From positions 11,408,001-11,472,000 of the forward strand of contig NC_087247.1 in NCBI RefSeq assembly GCF_037042905.1: DNA of 64,000 nucleotides, written 5' to 3'. The notes beneath the pieces were generated by a model that was not told the origin of the DNA, did not search any database, and saw only the letters and a program-made list of their open reading frames with translations. The position numbers and the translations under genes are program-made. Of this stretch, positions 24,701 through 36,700 are shown in pieces. Numbering within the stretch: position 1 is the stretch's first letter; the number at the start of each line of letters is the position of its first letter. This DNA is from Lytechinus pictus (taxonomy: Eukaryota).

Positions 24701-27700
24701 TATCATTTGCCTTTTCCACAACCTCTTATCACTGACAACAAGCAATAGATTAGCACTCTGTCTCATACTTAAGCCTCCCGCCTTTCACTTTCACGTCAAA
24801 CGCCTGACCCCATCATTTTCTTGTCGCGGGCTGTAGTATAATGGAGACTGGTGTACGCACTAGGCGCACATGTACCCATAGTACACTAACTGTATTGGCA
24901 ATGTTGATCCAGAGCATTCTTCGAGCCCCATTAAAGATCTCAACCTTTATTTTTGGTGACCTATGGTTGGTTTGGGGTGGCAGGTCGCACTTGTGATGCC
25001 ACTTCTGTCCTACAAGCACTCTCTTTCCATTGAAAATCTATAGAAGATCATTGAACAGATGCGATTTGTTTTGCCAGGTGTTGGAGGTCGGTATCCTATT
25101 GGGTCTGATGTGCAAGTATTCCTGTGAGCACTGCGACATGCGCATCTTCGCCAGCAACGCCCATTCCGCCGTAGAGCTGGAATCTGGTACCATCCTGGAT
25201 AACATGACCAGCGTCTTGAGCCAAGCCCAGGTAAGTCACTACAGGGTGTTTAGAAAAAAAAAATGGAAACCCAACTTTCATAACATAAAGGCCACCGCAC
25301 ACCCTACGACTGGTCCACGATCCGAGTTTGGAACAAATTGCATTTTGCTCATTTTCTGGAAATGTGAATTAAAAGTACCTTTATATTTGAGGTTAAAATT
25401 AAATAAAAGAATATAACAATTTTCAGTGATTGCAACCCTTTATGTTGGAGTAATCATACGATTGCTATGACGTCCAGGGCTCTCGCAAAGTAAGAAATTA
25501 CGCGTGGCGCATTTTTCAGAATTGATAATATTTTCCAACACCCAAATTTAGCGCCGCGCCGCTGTGTTACGCGCGCGCGCATTACGTGCGCTCACGATGC
25601 ACGTGCGCGCTGCTTAAACGGACGATCGGGATTATTTCAAAATTGATTTGAGGTACTAATAAATGGGAAAAATACTCTATATACCTTCCGATATGAACTC
25701 CCGTCCTCCAAACATGCCAAAAAGAACGGAGGAAAGGAAAATAAACAGAATAAAAATTAGAAGTCCTAAATATCTCACATTACTAAACGGACAACCAGGA
25801 ACGTTTTAAAATTGTTCTGAGGTGCTAACAAGTAAATATATATTTTATATACCTTCCGTTATGAACTCCCGTCCTCCAAAAGGAACGGCGGAAAGGAAAA
25901 TAAAACAGAATAAGAATAAGAAGTCCTAAATATCTCACATTACTAAACGGACAACCAGGAACGTTTTAAAATTGTTCTGAGGTGCTAACAAGTAAATATA
26001 TATTTTATATACCTTCCGTTATGAACTCCCGTCCTCCAAAAGGAACGGCGGAAAGGAAAATAAAACAGAATAAGAATAAGAAGTCCTAAATATCTCACAT
26101 TACTAAAAGGACAACCAGGAACGTTTTAAAATTGTTCTGAGGTGCTAACAAGTAAATATATATTTTATATACCTTCCGTTATGAACTCCCGTCCTCCAAA
26201 AGGAACGGCGGAAAGGAAAATAAAACAGAATACGAATAAGAAGTCCTAAATATCTCACATTACTAAAAGGACAACCAGGAACGTTTTAAAATTGTTCTGA
26301 GGTGCTAACAAGTAAAAATATATTTTATATACCTTTCATTACGAAATCCGTTCTCCAAAAATAAATATAAATGTAAAATGTATTATTTAGATAACGGGGA
26401 AAGGAAAATAAAATAGAATTAAGTCCTAAATATATCAGATTACTAAACGGATAATCAGGAACGTTTTAAAATTGATTTGAGGTGCTAACAAGTAAAAATA
26501 TATTTTATATACTTTTCGTTATGAACTCCCATCCTCCGAAAGGAACGGGGGAAAGGAAAATAAAACAGAATAGAAGTCCTAAATATCTCAGATTACTAAA
26601 CGGATAATCAGGAACGTTTTAAAATTGATTTGAGGTGCTAACAAGTAAAAATATATTTATATACCTTCCGTTATGAAATCCCGTTCTCCAAAAAGAAATA
26701 TAAATGACATACTAGTAATATTGTTTAGACAATGGTGGAAGGGAAAATGATACAGAATAGAGGTTGTAAATATCTCAGATTACTAAACGGACAACCAGGA
26801 GCGTTTTAAAATTGTTCTGAGGTACTTACAAGTAAAAATATATTTTATATACCTTCCGTTATGAAATCCCGTTCTCGAACAGAAGTCACAAACATCTCAG
26901 AATAATGATCGATTTAGAATGTTTTAGAATTGTTTTTGTGTATTTAATGGCTTAGAATTAGTTTTATATACATTTCGTTATGATCTCCCTTTCTTCTCTG
27001 ATTTGTTTGGCTCTCGTACAAATGATTAGCCTCAGTGTTTTGACTATAGGTCAGATAAGGACAGCTTGTCCCCCAGGAGTATCGTAGGTTACATTTTATT
27101 TACAGTCGATCAAGTTATCTTAATGAGTGGATCCCCAGGCTGGATGTGGCAAGTGAGTTACGAGGGTCGTAAAACTTTTTTTTTTAAATCCTTCTGACCA
27201 TTGAGTGACACCACATGTTTGCGCTGTAATTTGTGTGTGGATTGTGTGAGCAGTTTGGTCAACTTGATCTGCTTAATTGGTAGATGATTACACCCCCCCC
27301 CCCCGGAAAAAATATTTTGTACCAATTTCCAACTTCATATGTCCCTCCTTTCGGCATCAGTTCGTCTGATTTTCCTTGAATCAGAACACAATGCAGCCAT
27401 ACTCCATGCTGGTCTGAGTGGTCTCTCCTCCATTCCCTCTTTTCTTCCATGCTTATTCCCCTATTATTTTTCTTTATTTCTGTTCTAACAAGTTGTACTT
27501 CGTTTTAATAGAGTTTGGAACAGGATACCAAATTTAGTTAGATTGAATATATCAAATTGAATAATATAGCATGAGATATTTTGACACTTTTGATCCTATT
27601 TCTTTAAATCTGTTTTCAATTCACATGCTATATATTTTTTTAATTTCATATCCTTGTATATACTTTATTTCAGAGTTATCCCCCCCCCCCGAGTTGTTTA

Positions 27701-30700
27701 CTAGTATCTCTTCCATAATTGAGAAAATTACGTTCCAGCTTTCATCATTCTTTTGGACGAGTATGATAATAAAGAAGTTTGTTTGCTAGTCTTAAATTGG
27801 AGGCCTGCCTTATTGGCAAGAAATTAATGATAGCACGATATGATTAATAAAAGTACCAGTCATCATGGTTCAAATTCAATTATGGACATTTTCCAGTCAT
27901 ATTTAATGCAAACTTTTTAGTTTAATCCAACTATTCCTTATTTTAAATACATGTATAGTTTACTGAAGAATATGCATTTTGGCAAGGCAGTTTGACATTT
28001 TAGAACCGACTGAAAACGTAGACTAGCCCCTTTCACGGACTTTGAACCCTCCTCCCATCCCTTAACTTTTGTTTACGGAAAAGTACAAATTACGCAATCT
28101 TGATCGAGAAGCACATGGTCATCAGAAATCTGAATGCTTGTGTTGTCTGGGGTTTTCATTCTAGTTGGGAGGTGTGGGGGGAAAAAGTGGAAAATACCGC
28201 CAGATCAAATACGCAAAGGCGATTTATTTGACTTTGAAGGAATATTGCTTAGATATCAAGGTTTTCTTGAGCATTCATGATGACGTATTTTGGGATTTAT
28301 TCAATGTTGGCCTGTTTTAGCGTAACTGTGAGACATGAAATATATTTGGTAAGAACATAGAAAATATTGGCATTCATGATCTATTACTTCTATTGCCTAA
28401 CTTTGGTAAAAACTTTTTCAAATTATTTAATACATTGTATTTTCTGTCAAACACTTACAAATGAAGGATATTTGTATAAATTTATCTTTGCTTGAAAAAA
28501 AAATCAATATTATCCTACAATCGAAACTCAGTTGCACTCCAATAATTGTAAACAAAGGCATCTTTCAGTTTCAAGATTGATTTGACAATTCGTGCAGGTA
28601 AAAAAATACCAAAACCTCACCTCAACCCAAATATTACACATTCATAAATCAGTTCAAATAACATTCAACCATCGAATACTATTTACCACTAACACTAAAA
28701 ATTGCAAACATCGACTTTCTTTGTATTACACTTTAGAAAAAAATGGGAAGAAATGATATAAGTGACCTGTGTACTACCCTGTAAAGGCCAACTGCATGTA
28801 TAAATTAAGTTGGTGTTTTTTTATTTTGTGAGTGTTCAGAACTTCAGATATTTCATTACCGCCACGGGTACCATCAAAGAGAGATAAATTATAGATTTAT
28901 AGCGACATAACAATATTTCAATCAATTTAAGTCATTAAAAAAATAATTAAAAAATATCAGGTCTATTATAACAGACAGGCGCGGATCCAGGGGTGGGGTG
29001 TGTGCATACATGTACCCAAAATAAGTTTGGAATTGATTACCTTTTTTTATTTGCTTGTCATTTTTCAGGGGGGGGGGGCAAAATTCTTTCATGAGTGATG
29101 ACATTTTTTATTATTTTTTTTAGTGGAGGGAGGTCGTCTAATTTAGGGGAAACAACCACCCCCTCAAAATTTTGGAACCGCGCCAATCTATTGGCCCATA
29201 ATATGATTAAGAAAAAAACACACAAACATCCTGTAGTTGTGAAACTTGACAAAGATGAAAAAGGTAGGTCGGAAAATAAGGGTGAACAAAATTATACATA
29301 TAACATTTGATGGAGTTAATTCTCTATCAAGGGATCAAGTCACTCAAAACAATCATCAAAAATTTATTTTGAAATACTCGATCATGCACAGACTTCGAGG
29401 ATACTGAATTCAGGGCAATACATTCTTTCTCAGTCATTGATTGTGTGTGTACATGTACCTCTGTTATACATCGTATATTGAGAGAAAATGTGTAGCTCTC
29501 TGGCTGTACCAGCTCGCCATGCAGGCAAATAACGTAAACATGCTCGCTGCAACCGCCATGCCTACACTGTCAGGGCGGTGAATATGTGGTGTGCTGGAGT
29601 CAATCAGTGCCGTGGTGAGCGGGGTGCCGGTGCAGCGCGCTGGCATCCCCGGGGCTGGCATGCATGGTACTGGTAGCGGTCAGCCAGGCGCTTGCTTCGA
29701 GCATGCATGGAAGTAGAAAATGCTTCGAGCAATTCAGGCGTGGCGCTCGCGGAATTAGGCGTGGCGCTATTTTTTTAGGCGTGGCGCTTCATCAATGGAA
29801 TGATTTACGCGTGGCGCTAAATCTCCCAAATTGAATTACGCGTGGCGCGAGCACCACGCGTACTCAATGGCAGCGAGGGCCTTGATGACGTCATTACGAC
29901 TAGATATTAAATTCTGATTTATTCTAATAAGGGTGAAAGCATAGTCATAGATTTGAACCCTCGACACTTGGTGCCTCAGGGCACATAATTTCAGCCAGAG
30001 TAATATTCCTTCCCATGGACACTTAATGAAAGTCCCCCAAAAATGTGAAAATATGCATTCATGGGAACCCAATCTCACCATATCGTGCATTTTTCTCTTC
30101 TTCCTGCAGATCATAGCAAGCCAAGAAGTTTATGGGCAAGGACTAGATCCCACCATTCTGGGTGAAATTCTGAGAGATAGGGTCGAGGTGAGTCGATTGG
30201 ACAAGCTGATAAATTAATTTGATGGAAAATAATATTTGGTTCTTTTATTTGACACAAATATTACAGGGAAGTTTTTCTCTTTGTGCTCAAAGCTTAAATC
30301 TGGTCTTGCAGGACCTCAAATTATCATGCTACAAGTCTATGTTCATAGTTCGGTTCTATTTAGGACAGTAAGTATGCTCTGGTGTGAGCGGAGCATGTAG
30401 TGGATTAAAAATGAATGAAAATGAGTGTTGGATAACAAAATTGTCTTCTTCCTTTCTTTATTGCGCTATGAGCATCTTTTTATGATGGATACTGGTGCAC
30501 TACAAATGTTATTATTATTATTATTGTTGTTGTTGTTGTTATTATTACTATTCTTCTTCTTATTATTATTATTGTTTTATTATTATTATTATTATAACAA
30601 GACAGGCAAAGCAAGGATGATGTGATTTTAATTTTTATCTCATGTAGATGAATAGTAAAAGTAGTCAAGAATACTGTTTGTTGTTACAATCTTGCTTGTA

Positions 30701-33700
30701 GAGGTGTACGTGTACAACTGATAGCACGTCTTGATGTTACCATCGGTCCCAGCACTAGTCTTGTTTCGAGTCTGGTTTTGTGTCCGATGTAAAAACCTGT
30801 CCAATCTGTTTGTGGGATATACATGAAGTATCTTGTGATCATTCCAATATCGTTCTAACATCATTCTCTGTAAATTCGTTTGTTTATAAAGTATGTATGA
30901 ATTATTTTATTGTGATGTACATGTATTAGTACCTGAATGTGTGCAGTGCATTTTGAAGATTTCACCTGTTCAGTGCTTGTGTATTAATTTTACAATGCTT
31001 TATTTTCACCCATATTTTCTGTACAGCTGGACAACCTTGTTATACTGAGCACCTCGTCTGCGCATGGAGGGAAGGAAACGGAAATGATATCTGGATTCCT
31101 GCCCAAGTATCGGCGCGTCGTCAATGAGAATCTGCTCTACGTCAATGTCGACCTGAGTGGAGGCAGATGCAGGTTTGTTGACACCTCATGTTCCTCCAAA
31201 ACACATTGGACCGTATTGTTGATGTCCGGTTTCACTTAAACCATGGTCCAAAATATTGGTTTGACTATGGGTAGCCAGACGTGATGCAACTTTCCAGATG
31301 CCAGATAATATACTTATCATCGCTTTTCACGCTCAATGCATACAAACCATCTTGAATTGATATTTTTCTTCACCATGAAAATATTGGAAAGATCCAAGAA
31401 CTCCATAAAAACTACTCTTTGACGTGATGCGACTTTCCAGATGCCAGATAATATACTTATCATCACATTTTGTGCTCAATGCATTACAAACCATCTTGAA
31501 TTGATATTTTTCTTCACCATGAAAATATTGGAAAGATCCAAGAACTCCATAAAAACTACTCTTTGACGTGATGCAACTTTCCAGATGTCAGATAATATAC
31601 TTATCATCATATTTCGTGCTCAATGCATTACAAACAATCTTGAATTGATATTTTTCTTCTCTATGAACATATTGGAAAGATCGAAGAACTCCATAAAAAC
31701 TACTCTTTGACGTGATGCAACTTTCCAGATGCCAGATAATATACTTATCATCACATTTTGTGCTCAATGCGTTACAAACAATCTTTAATTGATAAGTACA
31801 GTAGTTTTCTTCACCATGAAAATATGGGAAAGATTCAGGAAGTCCATAAAAACTACTCTTTGAGCTCACCAGCTGAAATTTGTTACATTGCACTCATGTT
31901 TTTTACACTGGACGTTATGGGAAGTCAGGTTCCTTTTTGGGGGGGGGGGCATTTAGGGGGCAAATTAGTCACGAGTCTGATGTAATTTTTTATTTGGAAT
32001 GAGATAACCTTGAAATGCGCACTGAACTACTTGCTCTGCTGATTTTGTAGAATGTCATAAATTTTATTTCTTGTTTTAGGTTTTCAGTAATCTTCAATGG
32101 TCTGGATTAAAACTTACATCAAATTGCCTATGTGTATTCCAGTTATATACATATTGTAGATAGGAATTGCTAATTCAAAAAGTGATATGAGTTTGGTATT
32201 TTCCAATTCAGCAAGGACATGTGTCCTATTCACATCTAGTTTGTTTCTCTGTAGGAATGTTTTTAACGATCAAAATTGTTTTTGTTTACCAGCATGACTA
32301 CATCGGACACTCCTTCCCATCCAAACGATATCTTCATTGCCGGATACAGTGATCAGATCTTGAGGTTCATCGCTGAGAGGGGCGATACTGGACAGGTCAC
32401 TCACGTCCAGAACATTGACAAGGCATACAGTCTCACTGATTGCAAGGTAGGAGATGATTTTTGCTAGTACGATGGAGGGAGTGACTGTAAAAAAACGTTT
32501 TATCAGTTGCACTCAAACAAACAAACACAGAGGAAGCCTATTTCACAGTTCTGTAGTCATAACATTCATACTTACATGTATACAGGGGTTCCATGACATC
32601 TGCTCCAGCGACAATTGCTCCGATGAAAAATCTACATGTTAAGCAAAACGTAAAATCTAGCCTCCAAAATTAAATAGATCATAAAATATAATCTTTACAT
32701 TATTCTGACCCAAAAATACTATTACAACCCCAACTCTATCCCTATGCCCTTTGAGATATTAAGACCGGAGCAAATGATAGTGGAGCAAATGTTGTGCCAC
32801 TGTATACAGCACATAGCCTTTACTGAAAATTTGGAAAGTTTAATAAAGAACTTGTTGGCAATAAAAAATGCATCATTTTGTGAATATTATCATTTCTTTC
32901 GCATTGCACATCACCTTTATGTATAGATCCATGTATGATTCATGCTTCAATCAAGAAATTATAATTTAATCTGTTTCTAATTCGTTAATTTGTTATTTGT
33001 TATAGATCATTGGTGGAAAGAGAAAACTCTGTACATAGCCTTTAGGTATTGATCCATGTATGATTCATGCTTCAAACAAGAAATTATAATTTAATCAGTT
33101 TCTAATTCGTTAATTTGTTATAGATCATTGGTGCAAAGAAGAAAACGCTGGTTTCTCCAGAGATTCCTTTAGCTCTACCGGCTTCCCAACAGACCAGAAG
33201 GTAATACTTAACCTTTCATTTCTCACACCTCCTGTACTCTATCTTCAGACATTGGCAACGCTTCTTTCGAAACTTTAAAGGACAAGACCACCCAAACAAA
33301 AAGATAATTTTGATAAAGAGAAAAAAGTCCAACAAGCATAACACTGAAAATTTCATCAAAATCGGATGTAAAATAAAAAAGTTATGACATTTTAAAGTTT
33401 TTCTAAATTTCACAAAATAGTTATTTGCACATTCAGATTGGTATGCAAATAAGGAGACTGATGACGTCATCCAACTATGGAAATCCATCAATGTCATATT
33501 TTTTTCATCTAGGTAACCTGCTCCATGTCCTTTTGTAAAGAAAGAGGAGCTCATCGGATTGTCAAGACCATGATGCCCACATGAATATAGATTTTTTTTT
33601 ATAAACGTTTTTAACAGACATATATGCATTTTTTATGTTGGGGTTGCTGGCTTTCCGTACTGTTGTGGTTCATTTGATCAATAGCTATTATCTGTAAAGG

Positions 33701-36700
33701 CCACCGCACACCTTACGACCCAACTGGTCTGCGACTGTGTGGGGGAGATAATCGCAAGGTAGTCATAAGCCTCGACACTGCACACCTTGCGATCCGACTG
33801 CCCTGTTGTCTGCGACTCACGCATGCGCTATTTGCTTTTTGCCATAGCAACTGAGAAAATGACGCATATGCGCGTTGCGTATAATGTACACGTCACAACT
33901 CTGCTGTCTGATTGGCTGGATGTTGGACTGAGCTTGCAATCCAGTTGTAATGATTCGACATGTCAAAGCCTTACGATTTTTCTTGCGATTCGTCTCTGAC
34001 CGGTCTGCAACTCTGGAGCTGACAAGAGCTGTGACGTCACATTTCCCTTCACTCAGTTGCTGACCATTTGTAGACCAGTTGGGTCGTAAGGTGTGGGGTG
34101 GCCATAGGACGGGGCCCAGGAATACCATATTTACATGGTATATCTGCATACCTTTTCACCTAAGCTTATAGGAAAGAAACAATAGGAAAGCTTTATATGT
34201 TATGATTAATTTATCTGCTAATCAGTGAACATTTACCCACATTGTTCTAAACTCAACCCAGGTGAGGTGAATGGGTACCCAGCAGAATCAATTCCTTTGA
34301 TGCACTGAGCACTTGAAGGCAGCTTGATCTCAAGCTAATGTAATGATAGTGCGCCTTAGAATAGACTATTTCTATATAGATGGTGCTATGCCTATAAATT
34401 GTCAACATATAAAAATGCACATGCGTTGCCCTTGTTTCTGTTTATCATTGCTTTTTTATATTTCTTAAAATCATTTCCAGACACCATACGGTACGCGTCT
34501 TCATCTCCTCCACGTTCCGCGACATGCACGGCGAGCGCGACCTCTTGACCCGGTTCGTGTTCCCGGAATTGCGGGCAAAGGCGCGCACCCGCTTTGTCAA
34601 CCTGTACGAGGTCGATCTGAGGTGGGGAGTCAGTGAGGAACAGACAAGACACAGCAGGTATCATTAACATTTTTTTTTTTTCAGTCATGATAATAGAAAA
34701 GATGCAATCGATTGTATGTGATATCTGTTATTATAAGTGTGTGGGGGTGTTGCAAGAAAATATTTGCGATCAAATTCAAATTTCCAATGCAAATTTACAA
34801 GTAGTAGATCAATGTCAACTTAAGCAAACCAAATATGCGAAACTGACTGTCAATCAGTTAAAAATTTGCTATGAAATGCTTGGCTTTCAATCAATTTTGG
34901 AGTTTCTTGTAATGCCCAATATGGTAGACAGGTATAAAGAGATAAAATAAATTTTAATTATTGATTGTATTTTTTTGTGTATCTAATATTAAGTTATATT
35001 CAATTTGAATAAACGTTGTCTGTCCGCTCCTGTTTCATCAGCTCTGTGGAGATCTGCTTACGGGAAGCCAATCGGTGCGATCTCTTCATCGGCATCCTGG
35101 GAGATCGCTATGGTTACGTTCCAAACGACTACCCCGACATGAGCGACATTGAATACTTCAACTGGCTGTCGGCTCATCCCAAATCGCGTTCCATCACCGA
35201 GTTGGAGATGTACCACAAGGCTCTCAGAAACTCGGAGAGGAGCAACAAAGCCTTCTTCTTCATCAGAAACTCAGAATTCATCAAGTATGTTTTCGATAAG
35301 AAGTTTTGTATATCTCATAGAAATAGGATATTTGGTAAAAAGACTCAGAGAGGAACAACTAGGGATTATTTTTCATATCCAATACTCCATCAAGTATGTT
35401 TCGACAAGAAACTGTTGATTTTCTCCTAGAATTCGTTTGTTTACTAAGTCTCTTTTATTATCAGGGTAAAAATTTGAAAAACACAGGATTTCAGTTCTGA
35501 ATTTATTTTAAAAAATCAATTCTTCTTTCATACATTGATTTCTTTCATTGCATTATGTGTAATTGAGAAAGATTTTCCTTGCAACAATTGTCTGACAAGT
35601 CAGATTTGACCTGTAACTTATTAAAAAAAAAATTATTATGGGTTCACTTGCTACAACACTTGTTCTAGAATTGCATCCATATATTTTTTTTGCCTTGCTA
35701 TACATGTTATCAGGAATGGGAATGAAGTTGTTATGCATTTTTCTTCAGCAAGCCTATTATAAAGTATACTTGTTACTAATAACAAAAATGCAAGTTAAGT
35801 CTGTCACTGGACTTTTTTTGACCTAAAAGTATTTCATTCAAAGCAGAAAGCTTTTTTTTAAGCACCAACAGCTATTACTTTAGTATTGAATTGTATACTG
35901 CCCCAGACCTTTCTATTTGAAAGATGAATACTCAAGAGTTCTTAATTTGAAAAAAATGATAACATGTGCAATAAAGGGCACCGTATCTGATCAACAGAAC
36001 ATTTTGAATTTTCAGAAAGAATTGATCAGTGAAAAGTGATATAATGGTCAGGACATTTTCGTAAGATGAGAATTTTGGAATGATAATTCAATGTCCGGTG
36101 TGTTGGTTCAGTTGGTAGAGCGTCTGTCATACAACCAGGAGCTTGGGAGGTCAAACCCCAGCCGCGTCAGACCAAAAGACGTTAAAAGATGGGAGTTACT
36201 GCTACCCTGTTTAGCATTCAACGATTAAAGGGATAGATCCTTGTCGATCTGGTGCTCCACAGCAGCTGTCGGGCCCACGATCAATTGGGCAAAACACATT
36301 TTTATTTCATGTCTATTTCGAAAAATAAAAAATGGATTTTTATGTCATTTATATTACTGAACCCTTAAGCTTTAGACAGGTATTAATGTTATCTCACTCA
36401 TGTCGTTATACTGTTGCAAGATGTGACATTGATAAGTTGTGATCTTTGATATGATTTTCAGGAATGTCCCGAACAAGTTGAGAAGTCAGTTTGTCGATGA
36501 GAGTACCCAGAGGAAGGAGAGGCTCGCCAGCTTGAAGGAAACCATCCGTACCAGTGGCTGTGAAGTCTTTGACGGGTAAGAACACTTGTAGGAATTGATT
36601 TGATGGACAGGAGTATTCCAAACAATTTGAAAAATTAGTTTGTTTTCTGTCAATGTAGCCATGATTTCTTTCTATTTTCTGTTCAGTAACACTTGCCATA

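Larger units (their letters stand above)
25475..29884. mobile_element. 4.4-kb non-autonomous hAT-like element
   Basis: TIR cagggctctcgc / gcgagggccttg; perfect 8-bp TSD ATGACGTC (25467-25474, 29885-29892); subterminal cgtggcgc repeats; no transposase ORF. Confidence 0.85.

Noticed and set aside
25613-26990. Regular arrays as CRISPR-like loci (also 37595-38600 and 31278-31865)
   Set aside because: Whole units repeat with no unique spacers, there are no cas genes, and the context is eukaryotic.
30640-30870. Minus-strand [14 protein letters not shown] as a GIY-YIG (Penelope) remnant
   Set aside because: The match is too short and the surrounding motif is poor; it cannot be supported without a search.
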